From an uncultured Solirubrobacterales bacterium (GTDB taxonomy: Bacteria > Actinomycetota > Thermoleophilia > Solirubrobacterales > 70-9): a DNA stretch of 64,000 nucleotides. The notes under the pieces are model-generated. The model did not search any database and was not told the DNA's origin. It was given only the letters and a program-made list of their open reading frames with translations. The stretch lies in the NCBI GenBank assembly GCA_963728875.1, contig CAVSLJ010000002.1:461821-525820 (forward strand). The letters run 5' to 3'. The stretch's first letter is position 1, and the number at the start of each line of letters is the position of its first letter. The translations under genes were made by a program, and so were the position numbers. Of the stretch, positions 26,458 through 35,102 are shown in pieces.

Positions 26458-27295
26458 ACGTGGTCGTGATGCCTCGGTGGCGCGCCTGGGCACTCGGCAG
26501 CACGGGGTCATTTCGCTGTCGCAGCTGAGGAGCTGTGGACTTTCCGACAGTGCCGTCGGCGACCGGGTTGCCAGCGGTCGCCTTCACCGCATCCACCGCG
26601 GGGTCTATGCAGTCGGCCACGCGGGACTCGGCAACGAAGGGAGATGGATGGCGGCAGTACTCGCCTGCGGCGATGGTGCCGCTCTCAGCCACCTGAGCGC
26701 GGCCGAGCTGTGGGGGATGGTGCGGGAGACACGAAGGTCGAGTGATGAGCTCCCGCTGATCCACGTCACCGTTCGCGGTGACGGCCGGAGTAGGCCGGGA
26801 ATCCGAGTTCATCGGTCGGCCACCGTTTCCCCAGCCGATGTAACGCGCCGCCTTGGCGTCCCCGTCACAAAGCCGGCGCGCACTCTGGACGATGTGCGGC
26901 GCACGCTTTCCAGCGGGGTCTTCGCCTCGGCGCTCCGCCAGGCGGAATTCCTTGGTCTTCCAATCGGCGATCCGTGGAAATCCGACCACACCCGCAGCGA
27001 GCTCGAGGCCAGGTTCCTCAAGCTGATCCGTCGTCACCGCCTTCCACAGCCGGAGGTGAACGTTCGAGTCGACAGATACGTCGTGGATTTCCTCTGGCGT
27101 GCCGAGCATTTGATTGCCGAAGTCGATGGTTGGGGATCTCATGGCGGCCGGGCCGCGTTCGAGGCGGACCGATCCCGGGACAACCGGCTCCGAGTGCTGG
27201 GGTTCAAGGTCGTCCGGTTCACCTGGCACCAGGTGACGCGGCCGTCGGATGAGGTCGGCGGGACCATCCGGTCCCTCCTGACGGGCCTCTGGTGA
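26438..27295 (+). CDS. DUF559 endonuclease-like protein with N-terminal AbiEi_4-like wHTH
   Basis: The N-terminus (RQHGVISLSQLRSCGLSDSAVGDRVASGRLHRIHRGVYAVGH) and the C-terminal Vsr/DUF559-like core (VDFLWRAEHLIAEVDGW...FEADRSRDNRLRVLGFKVVRFTWHQV) support the call. Confidence 0.8.
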   Translation: MPEELTRRGRDASVARLGTRQHGVISLSQLRSCGLSDSAVGDRVASGRLHRIHRGVYAVGHAGLGNEGRWMAAVLACGDGAALSHLSAAELWGMVRETRRSSDELPLIHVTVRGDGRSRPGIRVHRSATVSPADVTRRLGVPVTKPARTLDDVRRTLSSGVFASALRQAEFLGLPIGDPWKSDHTRSELEARFLKLIRRHRLPQPEVNVRVDRYVVDFLWRAEHLIAEVDGWGSHGGRAAFEADRSRDNRLRVLGFKVVRFTWHQVTRPSDEVGGTIRSLLTGLW

Positions 27296-27327
27296 CTTGT
27301 TCCCGCTATGCGGGAAGAACTCCCCAG
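27291..27327 (+). repeat. 37-nt hairpin-containing direct repeat, right copy (spans the DUF559 stop codon)
   Basis: GGTGACTTGTTCCCGCTATGCGGGAAGAACTCCCCAG. It contains TGA followed by an ATG that opens only a 7-codon remnant. Confidence 0.8.
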
Positions 27328-27376
27328 GTGACCGATCAGGGGCGGTTCCGTCGGGGGGCGAACTTAGTTTGGGTGG

Positions 27377-29989
27377 ATGGCCTCGACCGGATCCGCACGC
27401 GCCTTTCAGGCTGACCCGTACGACTACGGCGAGGTCCGCCGGCTTGCGTCCGAGTTGGAGCTGGCCGAGCCGGTCGCCGTCACGCTCGTCCGCCGCGGCT
27501 ACCGCACGGTGGACGCGGCGCGCCGCTTCCTCGAGGCCCGGGAGTCCCACGAGCCGACCGAGTTCCGCGGCATGGAGGAGGTCTGCGAGCAGATTCTGTC
27601 GATGGTTCGCGCTCCGGGGCGGATCACCATCCATGGGGACTACGACGTCGATGGTGTCACCTCGACCTCGATCCTCGTTTCAACGCTTCGCCGGCTCGGC
27701 GCCGACTGCGACTGGTTCATCCCCGACCGGCTCTCAGACGGCTACGGGCTGACGATGTCGAGCGTGGAGGAGCTCCGGCGCCGCGGCACCGAGCTCGTCA
27801 TCACCGTCGACTGCGGGATCGGCTCGGTGGAGGAGGTCGCGGCGGCGCGGGCGGCCGGGATCCAGGTCGTGGTCACCGACCATCACCTCCCGGGAGAGCA
27901 GCTCCCGGATTGCCCGATCATCCACCCGGTCGTCTCCGGTTATCCCTTCGAGGGGCTTTGCGCCGCCGGGGTCGCGCACAAGCTCGCCACCGCGCTCTGC
28001 GACGCGGCCGGCCGGGGCGCCGTCGAGACGGCTGCTGGGAGGAGGCACCCGACCGACGCCGACCTCGACCTGGTCGCGCTCGCGACGGTCGCCGACATGG
28101 TTCCTCTCGTGGGCGAGAACCGTCGCCTCGTGCGTGAGGGTCTCCGGCGCTTCCGGGAGGGCCCCCGCGTGGGACTGCGCGCGCTGATGGCGGCGGCGTC
28201 GGTCGACCCCGAGACGGTCGATGCGGGCGCGCTCGGCTTCCGCCTGGCCCCGCGGATCAACGCGGTCGGCCGCCTCTACCGAGCCGACGCCGGCGTTGAG
28301 CTGATGCTCACCGACGACCTCGACCGAGCCGCCGCGATCGCCGCCGAGCTGGACAAGGCGAACGCCGAGCGCCGCTGGGCTGAGCAGAAGGTGGTGGAGG
28401 GGGCGGAGCGCGCTCGCTCGGCGCTGTCCGACGAGCAGAAGGAGGCGCCGGCCCTCGTCCTGGTCGGCGAGGGATGGCACCCCGGCGTGGTCGGGATCGC
28501 CGCGTCCCGCATGGTCGAACGCCACTTCCGCCCGACGATCCTGCTCTCATCGGATGGCGGTCACGCCAAGGGGTCGGCCCGCAGCATCCCGGGATTCGAC
28601 CTGGTGGCGGCGCTCGACGCCACCGCCGAGCACCTTCATCGCTACGGCGGCCACCGCGCCGCCGCCGGCTTGGAGCTGGACGCCGACCGCGTTGACGCCT
28701 TCCGTGACGCCTTCATTGCCCACGCGGCATCCGAGATCGATCCCGCCGACCTGGTCCGCCGGGAGCGCCTCGATGCTCTCGTCGGCGTGGGCCGCGAGGG
28801 CATCGGGATGGATCTGGCGCGCCAGCTCGAGAGCCTCGGCCCGTTCGGCATGGGCAACCCGGGTCCCCGGCTGCTCGTCCCGTCCGGTCGCCTCCGGGAG
28901 GTCCGGCCGCTCGGAGAGGAGGGCAAGCACTCCCGCTTCCAGCTCGAGAGCGGTGCCGGCCGCGCGGCCGGCGTGGCGTTCGGCATGAACGGCGAGCTCT
29001 CCGGGCGTGAGGACCAGCCTCTCGACCTTTCAGTTGAACTTGAGGTTGACCGCTGGAACGGCGCCGAGCAGCCGCGAGTCGTGGTGCGAGAGCTCTACCC
29101 GCTCGACGGCGCCGAGCGCGATCCCGACGGCGGGCCGTGCGGCGAGGGTTGCCCGGGTCCCGACAGCGAGTGGTGGGAGCGCCTGGAGCACGAGCACGAG
29201 CGGGTGGCCGCGGGCCGGCCGGGCGCCCTGCTCGAGGTCCGCGCTCCGGCAGGCGCGAGGCGCGAGCAGATCGACCGCCGGGGCGGGGCGGCGGTGGCGT
29301 CCCTCGCGGAGCTGATCTCCAGCGGCGAGTCCGTGCTGGCGATCTGCGCGGACGCTGCCCGGCGCGCGAAGCTCGCCTCCGCCGCTGCGGACCCGCGGCG
29401 GTTCGGCGCTTCGCTCCCGCGAATCGCCTGCTGCCGCTGTGGATCGGACTCCCTCGACGCGACCCTCCACGCCTCGGAGGGCGCCGGCCTGGTGCTGGTC
29501 GACTGGACCGTGGTGGCCCAGCGCCCCGAGGCGCTCCCAGGCTTCCGCCACGTGGTGGTGATCGATCCCGCGCCCAGTGAGGCGCTGGAGGGCCTGGCCC
29601 GGGCCGCCGCCGGATATCTCCACCTGGCGTGGGGGCCGGCGGAGCTTCGGCTGACCGAGCGCCTGCTCGCCAGGGAGTGGGAGCTCCGGGCCGCGATCGG
29701 AGAGATCTGGCGGGCGCTGCCGGAGGCGGGGGGAGAGGCGGAGGGCCCGGCCCTGCGCTCGGCCCTCGAGGGTGCCACCGACTACCCGCGGACGCCCGAG
29801 ACGGCCGCCCGCTGCGTGCGGGTTCTCTGCGAGCTCGGGTTGTGCGAGTGGCGGCCTGATCGCGCCGCCCCCGCGCTACGGGTCTTATCCTCGGAGAGGA
29901 CCGATCTGGGGCGATCCCGGGCCTACGGGGCCTGCATCGCCAGACACCAGGAGGCCATCCGATTCCTGCAAGCAAGAGCACAGACCTGA
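27377..29989 (+). CDS. recJ: Single-stranded-DNA-specific exonuclease RecJ with a C-terminal extension of about 290 aa
   Basis: DHH motifs (ITIHGDYDVDGVTS, VITVDCG, VVTDHH) and the DHHA1 motif (GGHRAAAGL). The last third has no motif I recognise. Confidence 0.85.
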   Translation: MASTGSARAFQADPYDYGEVRRLASELELAEPVAVTLVRRGYRTVDAARRFLEARESHEPTEFRGMEEVCEQILSMVRAPGRITIHGDYDVDGVTSTSILVSTLRRLGADCDWFIPDRLSDGYGLTMSSVEELRRRGTELVITVDCGIGSVEEVAAARAAGIQVVVTDHHLPGEQLPDCPIIHPVVSGYPFEGLCAAGVAHKLATALCDAAGRGAVETAAGRRHPTDADLDLVALATVADMVPLVGENRRLVREGLRRFREGPRVGLRALMAAASVDPETVDAGALGFRLAPRINAVGRLYRADAGVELMLTDDLDRAAAIAAELDKANAERRWAEQKVVEGAERARSALSDEQKEAPALVLVGEGWHPGVVGIAASRMVERHFRPTILLSSDGGHAKGSARSIPGFDLVAALDATAEHLHRYGGHRAAAGLELDADRVDAFRDAFIAHAASEIDPADLVRRERLDALVGVGREGIGMDLARQLESLGPFGMGNPGPRLLVPSGRLREVRPLGEEGKHSRFQLESGAGRAAGVAFGMNGELSGREDQPLDLSVELEVDRWNGAEQPRVVVRELYPLDGAERDPDGGPCGEGCPGPDSEWWERLEHEHERVAAGRPGALLEVRAPAGARREQIDRRGGAAVASLAELISSGESVLAICADAARRAKLASAAADPRRFGASLPRIACCRCGSDSLDATLHASEGAGLVLVDWTVVAQRPEALPGFRHVVVIDPAPSEALEGLARAAAGYLHLAWGPAELRLTERLLAREWELRAAIGEIWRALPEAGGEAEGPALRSALEGATDYPRTPETAARCVRVLCELGLCEWRPDRAAPALRVLSSERTDLGRSRAYGACIARHQEAIRFLQARAQT

Positions 29990-30030
29990 CGAGCACCGAG
30001 AACGGCGAGGACGTCCCCGCTGACGGCGCC

Positions 30031-32322
30031 GTGCGCAATGCCGATCGCCGCGGGCACACCCGGGTCGGAGAGGTCGACGGCCACGCGAGCACGCCCCGGG
30101 CCGACTCGATCACCCGTGAGCTGACGACGGAGCAGCGCGCTCTCCTCGGCGACCTCTTCGCCGTGATCGAGGAGCACAAGTCGGAGGCCGCGGAGCCGAT
30201 CGACCGGCAGGAGATCGAGCGTGCCTTCGCCTTCGCCTGCGAGAGCCATGCCGGCCAGGAGCGGAAGTCGGGTGAGGACTTCATCACCCACCCGCTCGGG
30301 GTGGCGCGGATCTGCGCCGGCCTGCGCCTCGATACCGCCACGCTCTGCGCCGCGCTCCTCCACGACACGGTCGAGGACACCAGCGCGAGCCTCGAGCAGG
30401 TCCGCGACGCCTTCGGCGACGAGATCGCCCAGCTGGTCGACGGCGTCACCAAGCTCACCGAGATCACCTTCAAGAGCCGCGACGAGAGGCAGGCCGAGAA
30501 CTACCGCAAGATGATGGTGGCGATGGCCACCGATGTCAGGGTGATCCTGATCAAGCTGGCCGACCGCCTCCACAACATGCGCACGATCGGCGCGCTGCCG
30601 AAGCAGAAGCAGCAGGAGAAGGCGCGCGAGACCCTCGAGATCTTCGCGCCGCTGGCCCACCGCCTCGGGATCCACGCGATGAAGTGGGAGCTCGAGGACC
30701 TCTCCTTCGCCACGCTCCACCCGCGCAAGTACGACGAGATCAAGGAGCTGGTCGCCCAGCAGCGCGTCGAGCGGGAGCGCTATGTGGAGGAGGCGGGTGA
30801 GTTCCTGGCCAAGGAGCTGTCGAAGGTCGGCATCGAGGCCGAGATCTCAGGCCGCGCCAAGCACTTCTATTCGATCTACACGAAGATGACCCGCAAGGGC
30901 CGGGAGTTCAACGAGATCTTCGACCTGACCGCGATGCGGGTCCTGGTCGACTCGGTGAAGGACTGCTACGGCGCGATCGGGATCGTCCATTCGCTCTGGA
31001 AGCCGCTGCCGGGCCGCTTCAAGGACTTCGTCGCGATGCCCAAGGCGAACGCCTACCAGGCGCTCCACACCACCGTGATCGGCCCCGAGGGGCGCCCGCT
31101 GGAGATCCAGATCCGCACGCCGGAGATGCATGAGCTCGCCGAGTACGGGATCGCGGCGCACGTGATCTACAAGGAGGGCACGTCCGAGGGCGATCCGGGC
31201 AAGGAGAAGATGACCTGGCTCCGCCAATTGATCGAGAACGAGCAGGACCAGGGCCCGAAGGCGTTCCTCGACGCACTGAAGGTCGACCTCTTCGAGGACG
31301 AGGTGTTCGTCTTCACGCCGAAGGGCGAGGTCAAGAACCTGGCGGCCGGATCGACGCCGCTCGATTTCGCCTACTCGATTCACACCGACGTCGGCCATCA
31401 CTGCGTCGGCGCAAAGGTGAACGGGAAGATCGTGCCGCTGCACTACTCGCTGCGGAGCGGAGACATCGTCGAGGTGCTGACCGCGAAGCAGGGCCGCGGG
31501 CCTTCGCGCGACTGGCTCAAGCTCGTGCGGACGAACCGGGCGCGCAACAAGATCCGCGCCTGGTTCTCCCGAGAGGGTCGCGAGGACGCCGAGCACGAGG
31601 GTCGAGACCAGCTCGCTCAGGCATTCAAGAAGCGCGGGCTGCCATATCCGAAGCTCGCCGGCTCGCCGCTGCTCGTCGACGTGATCCGCGAGATGGGCTT
31701 CCGCAAGGCGGACGACTTCTACATCGCGCTCGGACAGTCCAAGGTCTCCACCAAAGTCGTCACCAACAAGGTCCTGCAGCGCCTCAAGCGCGGCGAAGCC
31801 GTCGAGGAGGAGCCGGCCGAGGGTCTGATCAAGGGCACCGACGACGCACGGCGGCGAACTCGCGAGGCCACCAGCTTCGGCATCAAGGTGAAGGGCATCG
31901 ACGACGTGGCGGTGCGGCTCGCCAAGTGCTGCCGCCCCGTGCCCGGCGATGACGTCGTCGGCTACGTGTCGCTGGGGCGCGGCATCACCGTCCATCGGGA
32001 GGACTGCCGAAACGTCGCCGCGCTCAAGAAGGCACCGGAGCGCTTCACCGAGGTGGCGTGGGATGGCGACAACGAGTCCTCGTACCGGGTAGAGCTCCAG
32101 GTGGATGCCTGGGACCGAACGCGCCTCCTCGAAGACCTATCGCGCACCTTCGCGGAGGCGGGCCTGAACATCCTGGAGGCGCGATGCACCACCAAGCATC
32201 CGATGGTGAAGAACCGCTTCGTGCTCGAGGTCGGTGACACCGAGCAGCTCAAGGCCTGCATCTCGAGGCTGCGCAACGTCGACTCGGTCTTCGACGCCTA
32301 CCGGGTCACTCCAACCGGCTGA
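30031..32322 (+). CDS. rel: Bifunctional (p)ppGpp synthetase/hydrolase, RelA/SpoT family
   Basis: HD hydrolase domain (HPLGVARI...LLHDTVEDT), synthetase domain (RAKHFYSIYTKM...DLTAMRVLV), then TGS and ACT domains. Confidence 0.92.
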   Translation: MRNADRRGHTRVGEVDGHASTPRADSITRELTTEQRALLGDLFAVIEEHKSEAAEPIDRQEIERAFAFACESHAGQERKSGEDFITHPLGVARICAGLRLDTATLCAALLHDTVEDTSASLEQVRDAFGDEIAQLVDGVTKLTEITFKSRDERQAENYRKMMVAMATDVRVILIKLADRLHNMRTIGALPKQKQQEKARETLEIFAPLAHRLGIHAMKWELEDLSFATLHPRKYDEIKELVAQQRVERERYVEEAGEFLAKELSKVGIEAEISGRAKHFYSIYTKMTRKGREFNEIFDLTAMRVLVDSVKDCYGAIGIVHSLWKPLPGRFKDFVAMPKANAYQALHTTVIGPEGRPLEIQIRTPEMHELAEYGIAAHVIYKEGTSEGDPGKEKMTWLRQLIENEQDQGPKAFLDALKVDLFEDEVFVFTPKGEVKNLAAGSTPLDFAYSIHTDVGHHCVGAKVNGKIVPLHYSLRSGDIVEVLTAKQGRGPSRDWLKLVRTNRARNKIRAWFSREGREDAEHEGRDQLAQAFKKRGLPYPKLAGSPLLVDVIREMGFRKADDFYIALGQSKVSTKVVTNKVLQRLKRGEAVEEEPAEGLIKGTDDARRRTREATSFGIKVKGIDDVAVRLAKCCRPVPGDDVVGYVSLGRGITVHREDCRNVAALKKAPERFTEVAWDGDNESSYRVELQVDAWDRTRLLEDLSRTFAEAGLNILEARCTTKHPMVKNRFVLEVGDTEQLKACISRLRNVDSVFDAYRVTPTG

Positions 32323-32367
32323 GCAAAACCAATCCTTTTGCGCTTGAATCGCGTTACAAGGACACGG

Positions 32368-33051
32368 ATGTTCAAGCGCGGGACGACAGGGAGACGGCTG
32401 GGGCTGGCGATCGCGCTGGTCGTTCTCGGAGCGATGGCCTACGCGGGCATCGCGCTCGCCGCCGCACCGATCATCGGCCAGGGCGACGACACCTACTCGG
32501 CGTCGACCTACACGATCGACCAGGGTGAGGTGGCGCAGCTGCAGGTCACAGGGAGCTCCCACAACGTCACGGCCAATCAGGCCGGACCGGACTCGAAGGC
32601 CCTGTTCCGGACTCCGACGATCTCCGGCGGCTCTGCCGGTGTGGACGGAACCCAGTACCTCTCCGCCGGGGACTACACGTTCTTCTGCTCAGTTCACCCG
32701 AGCACCATGCAGGCGACGCTCCACGTCAGCTCGAACGGGGCACCGCTGTCCCGGCCGTCCGCGCAGGTCTCCGTGCGAAGCAAGAAGCTCGCCAAGGCGA
32801 CCAAGAAGGGGATCCCGGTCGCGATCACCACGAGCGCGAAGGTCGACGGCGTCTCCCTGGTCGCCAAGCTCGGCAAGAGGACGATCGGCAAGCTGGACGG
32901 GCTCTCTCTGGCCGCGGGCCAGAGCTTCGCGACGGTGAAGCTCACCAAGGCCGGGAAGAGCAAGCTCTCCAAGAAGTCCAAGGCGTCGGTGTCCGTGACG
33001 GCGGACATCCCGTTTGGCTCACCCGCCACGGGCAAGGCCAAGCTGACCTAG
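32368..33051 (+). CDS. Secreted cupredoxin (type 1 copper) protein with K-rich C-terminal beta-module
   Basis: Signal peptide, then ligand pattern ...SSHNV... and YTFFCSVHPSTM (Cys-x2-His-x3-Met). A C-terminal module of about 100 aa is rich in K/S/T. Confidence 0.65.
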   Translation: MFKRGTTGRRLGLAIALVVLGAMAYAGIALAAAPIIGQGDDTYSASTYTIDQGEVAQLQVTGSSHNVTANQAGPDSKALFRTPTISGGSAGVDGTQYLSAGDYTFFCSVHPSTMQATLHVSSNGAPLSRPSAQVSVRSKKLAKATKKGIPVAITTSAKVDGVSLVAKLGKRTIGKLDGLSLAAGQSFATVKLTKAGKSKLSKKSKASVSVTADIPFGSPATGKAKLT

Positions 33052-33479
33052 GCCTTCGCCGCAGCGCTCCGCACGCGCTCGGCGACCTTCCGCATCTCGT
33101 CCTCCGAGCCGTACTTCGTGCGCGGCCAGAAGAAGCCGCGCAGGCCGTCCTTCGGCTTGCGCGGGACGACGTGCACGTGCAGATGCGGGACGCTCTGGCT
33201 GACGGTGTTGTTGAGCGCGACGAAGGAGCCGGGCTTCCTCATCGCCCTTGGAACCGCCACGGAGAGAAGCTTGGCGTTCGCGAACAGGGGCTCGACCAGA
33301 TCGGCGGGCAGATCGCCCAGCGTCTCGTGGTGATCGCGCGGAACGAGCAGGCAGTGCCCCGGGAAGAGAGGGCGGTTGTCGAGGAAGGCGATCGTGCGCT
33401 CGTCCTCGAACACCACGTGCGCGGACTCGTCGCCGGCGATGATCTGACAGAAGCGGCAATTAGGGTCCTGCTTACCCAA
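33048..33479 (-). CDS. HIT-family protein
   Basis: CRFCQII... and the histidine triad HLHVHVVPR. TTG 33479 gives the usual 143 aa or so; the maximal ORF reaches 33554. Confidence 0.8.
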   Translation of the reverse strand: MGKQDPNCRFCQIIAGDESAHVVFEDERTIAFLDNRPLFPGHCLLVPRDHHETLGDLPADLVEPLFANAKLLSVAVPRAMRKPGSFVALNNTVSQSVPHLHVHVVPRKPKDGLRGFFWPRTKYGSEDEMRKVAERVRSAAAKA

Positions 33480-33520
33480 GTCCGCGATACTGTCAGAGCG
33501 GGCTGGGGAGGAGAGGAACC

Positions 33521-33979
33521 TTGAAGGGAACGAAGACACTTCGCAGGACGGCAATCCTCGTGCCGCTCGCCCTGCTGTTCGTGGTGGCCCAATGGACCGT
33601 TCCCGCTGGGGCGGGCACCCCGATCAAGACGGGCAAGTACAAGGGCAAGACCACTCAGCAGGCCATCGGCGACAGCTTCCGCGCGATCCAGTTCACCGTC
33701 AAGAAGGGCAAGGTGACGATCACGACCGAGCCGTCGGTGGCCCGCGAGGACTGCGTCTCCACTCCCGTCTTCACCCAGGACGGGACCTCGAGCAAGAAGC
33801 TCGCCAGCAATCGAACCTTCACGCTCACCCACACCTTTCTCGGCAACAAGATCGACAAGATCCACGGCAAGTTCGTGGAATCGAACGAGATCCAGGGCTA
33901 CGCGATCTACCACTTCAGCCAGCAGGACCTCTGCTCAGCGGGCAACAGCAAGGTCAACTTCACCGCGAAGCACAAGTAG
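33521..33979 (+). CDS. Hypothetical secreted protein
   Basis: TTG start and signal peptide (AILVPLALLFVVAQWTVPAGAG). No recognisable domain. Confidence 0.45.
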   Translation: MKGTKTLRRTAILVPLALLFVVAQWTVPAGAGTPIKTGKYKGKTTQQAIGDSFRAIQFTVKKGKVTITTEPSVAREDCVSTPVFTQDGTSSKKLASNRTFTLTHTFLGNKIDKIHGKFVESNEIQGYAIYHFSQQDLCSAGNSKVNFTAKHK

Positions 33980-34008
33980 CGGCCACCAGGCCGCTCCACT
34001 TTGGAGCG

Positions 34009-34075
34009 GAGGCCGAAGGCCGTAGCGACTCATGTGGGGCGGCCGCTTGTGGCCGCGATCTGATGGCGAAGCCGT
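34009..34075 (+). repeat. Intergenic repeat element, copy B
   Basis: See copy A (22392-22456). It sits between convergent gene ends and finishes 3 nt before the stop of the minus-strand kinase gene. Confidence 0.7.
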
Positions 34076-34078
34076 CCC

Positions 34079-35095
34079 TTAGGCAACTACGGTCAGCGCG
34101 CCGGGGTCCACCCCGAAGCTGAGCTCCGTGTGCTCGCCGATGTAGTCGCCGTCGACCTGCACGGGGAACGGACGGGGCTGCCCGTCCTCGTCCATCGAGA
34201 TCGAGCGGACCATCGCCTCGCCGACGTCGTCGAACTCCTCGATCTGGCGGTGCTTCGAGGCGTGCAGGCGCCGGCTGAGGACGCGGGCCGCGATCGGCAG
34301 CATGTCGCGCTGCTTGGCGCGGCGAAGGAGGGCCATCGAGAGGGTGCCGTCATCGAGGCCGATGTCCTCGCAGATGCGAATGGGGACGTTGGCGAAGTAG
34401 GTGAAAGGGTCCGAGTTCTGGGCAATGGCGGTGACGCCCTCGTGCTTCTCGCCGTCGAGCTCGAGCTCGAGCTCGAGCCGCACCGGGTTGCGCAGGTAGT
34501 GGCGGTAGAAGCCGGAGATCGCAGCCCAGGTGTAGTACCACTGGCGGGCCCGGGCCTTGAGGAGCGGGTGGCCGTCGACCCGCTTGACGACCGTGGCGTC
34601 CAGGCCGACGCCGCAGGCGAAGACGAAGCGGCGACCGTTGCAGCGGCCGAGGTCGATCTTCCGGGGCTGGAAGTCATCGGCGAGCCCGATCAGGTGCTCG
34701 GTGGCGTCGACGACGTCGTTCGGGATGCCGAGGGTCCGGCAGACGACGTTGGTGGAGCCGCCCGGGAGAACCGAGACGGGGACGTCGGTCCCGGCCAGGC
34801 CGTTGGCCACCTCGTTCAGGGTGCCGTCCCCGCCGAAGGCGACGACGATGTCGTACTCGCCGTGGCGGGCCTCCCGGCCGATCTCGATGGCATGCTCGGC
34901 GGCCTCGGTGTCGACCGCCTCGACCTCGTATCGCGCCTGTAGCGCGTACACGACCAGGTTCTTGAGCCGATCCGAGACGGTGGTCGCGTACGGGTTGACG
35001 ATGATCAGCATCCGCTTCTTGTCAGCGTCCGGCTCGAGCGGGACGGCCTGGGCGGCGGGGGAGGGATCTCTCTGGGCAGGGGCGATCGTCGGCAC
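34079..35095 (-). CDS. Diacylglycerol/lipid kinase family protein (YegS/BmrU-like)
   Basis: LIIVNPYA..., VVAFGGDGTLNEV, LPGGSTNV motifs. Confidence 0.8.
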   Translation of the reverse strand: MPTIAPAQRDPSPAAQAVPLEPDADKKRMLIIVNPYATTVSDRLKNLVVYALQARYEVEAVDTEAAEHAIEIGREARHGEYDIVVAFGGDGTLNEVANGLAGTDVPVSVLPGGSTNVVCRTLGIPNDVVDATEHLIGLADDFQPRKIDLGRCNGRRFVFACGVGLDATVVKRVDGHPLLKARARQWYYTWAAISGFYRHYLRNPVRLELELELDGEKHEGVTAIAQNSDPFTYFANVPIRICEDIGLDDGTLSMALLRRAKQRDMLPIAARVLSRRLHASKHRQIEEFDDVGEAMVRSISMDEDGQPRPFPVQVDGDYIGEHTELSFGVDPGALTVVA

Positions 35096-35102
35096 GCCTT
35101 TC

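Noticed and set aside
28713-30473. 586-aa minus-strand ORF spanning the recJ/rel junction
   Set aside because: It is antisense to two well-supported genes. Its translation is extremely Arg/Pro/Ala-rich and low-complexity.
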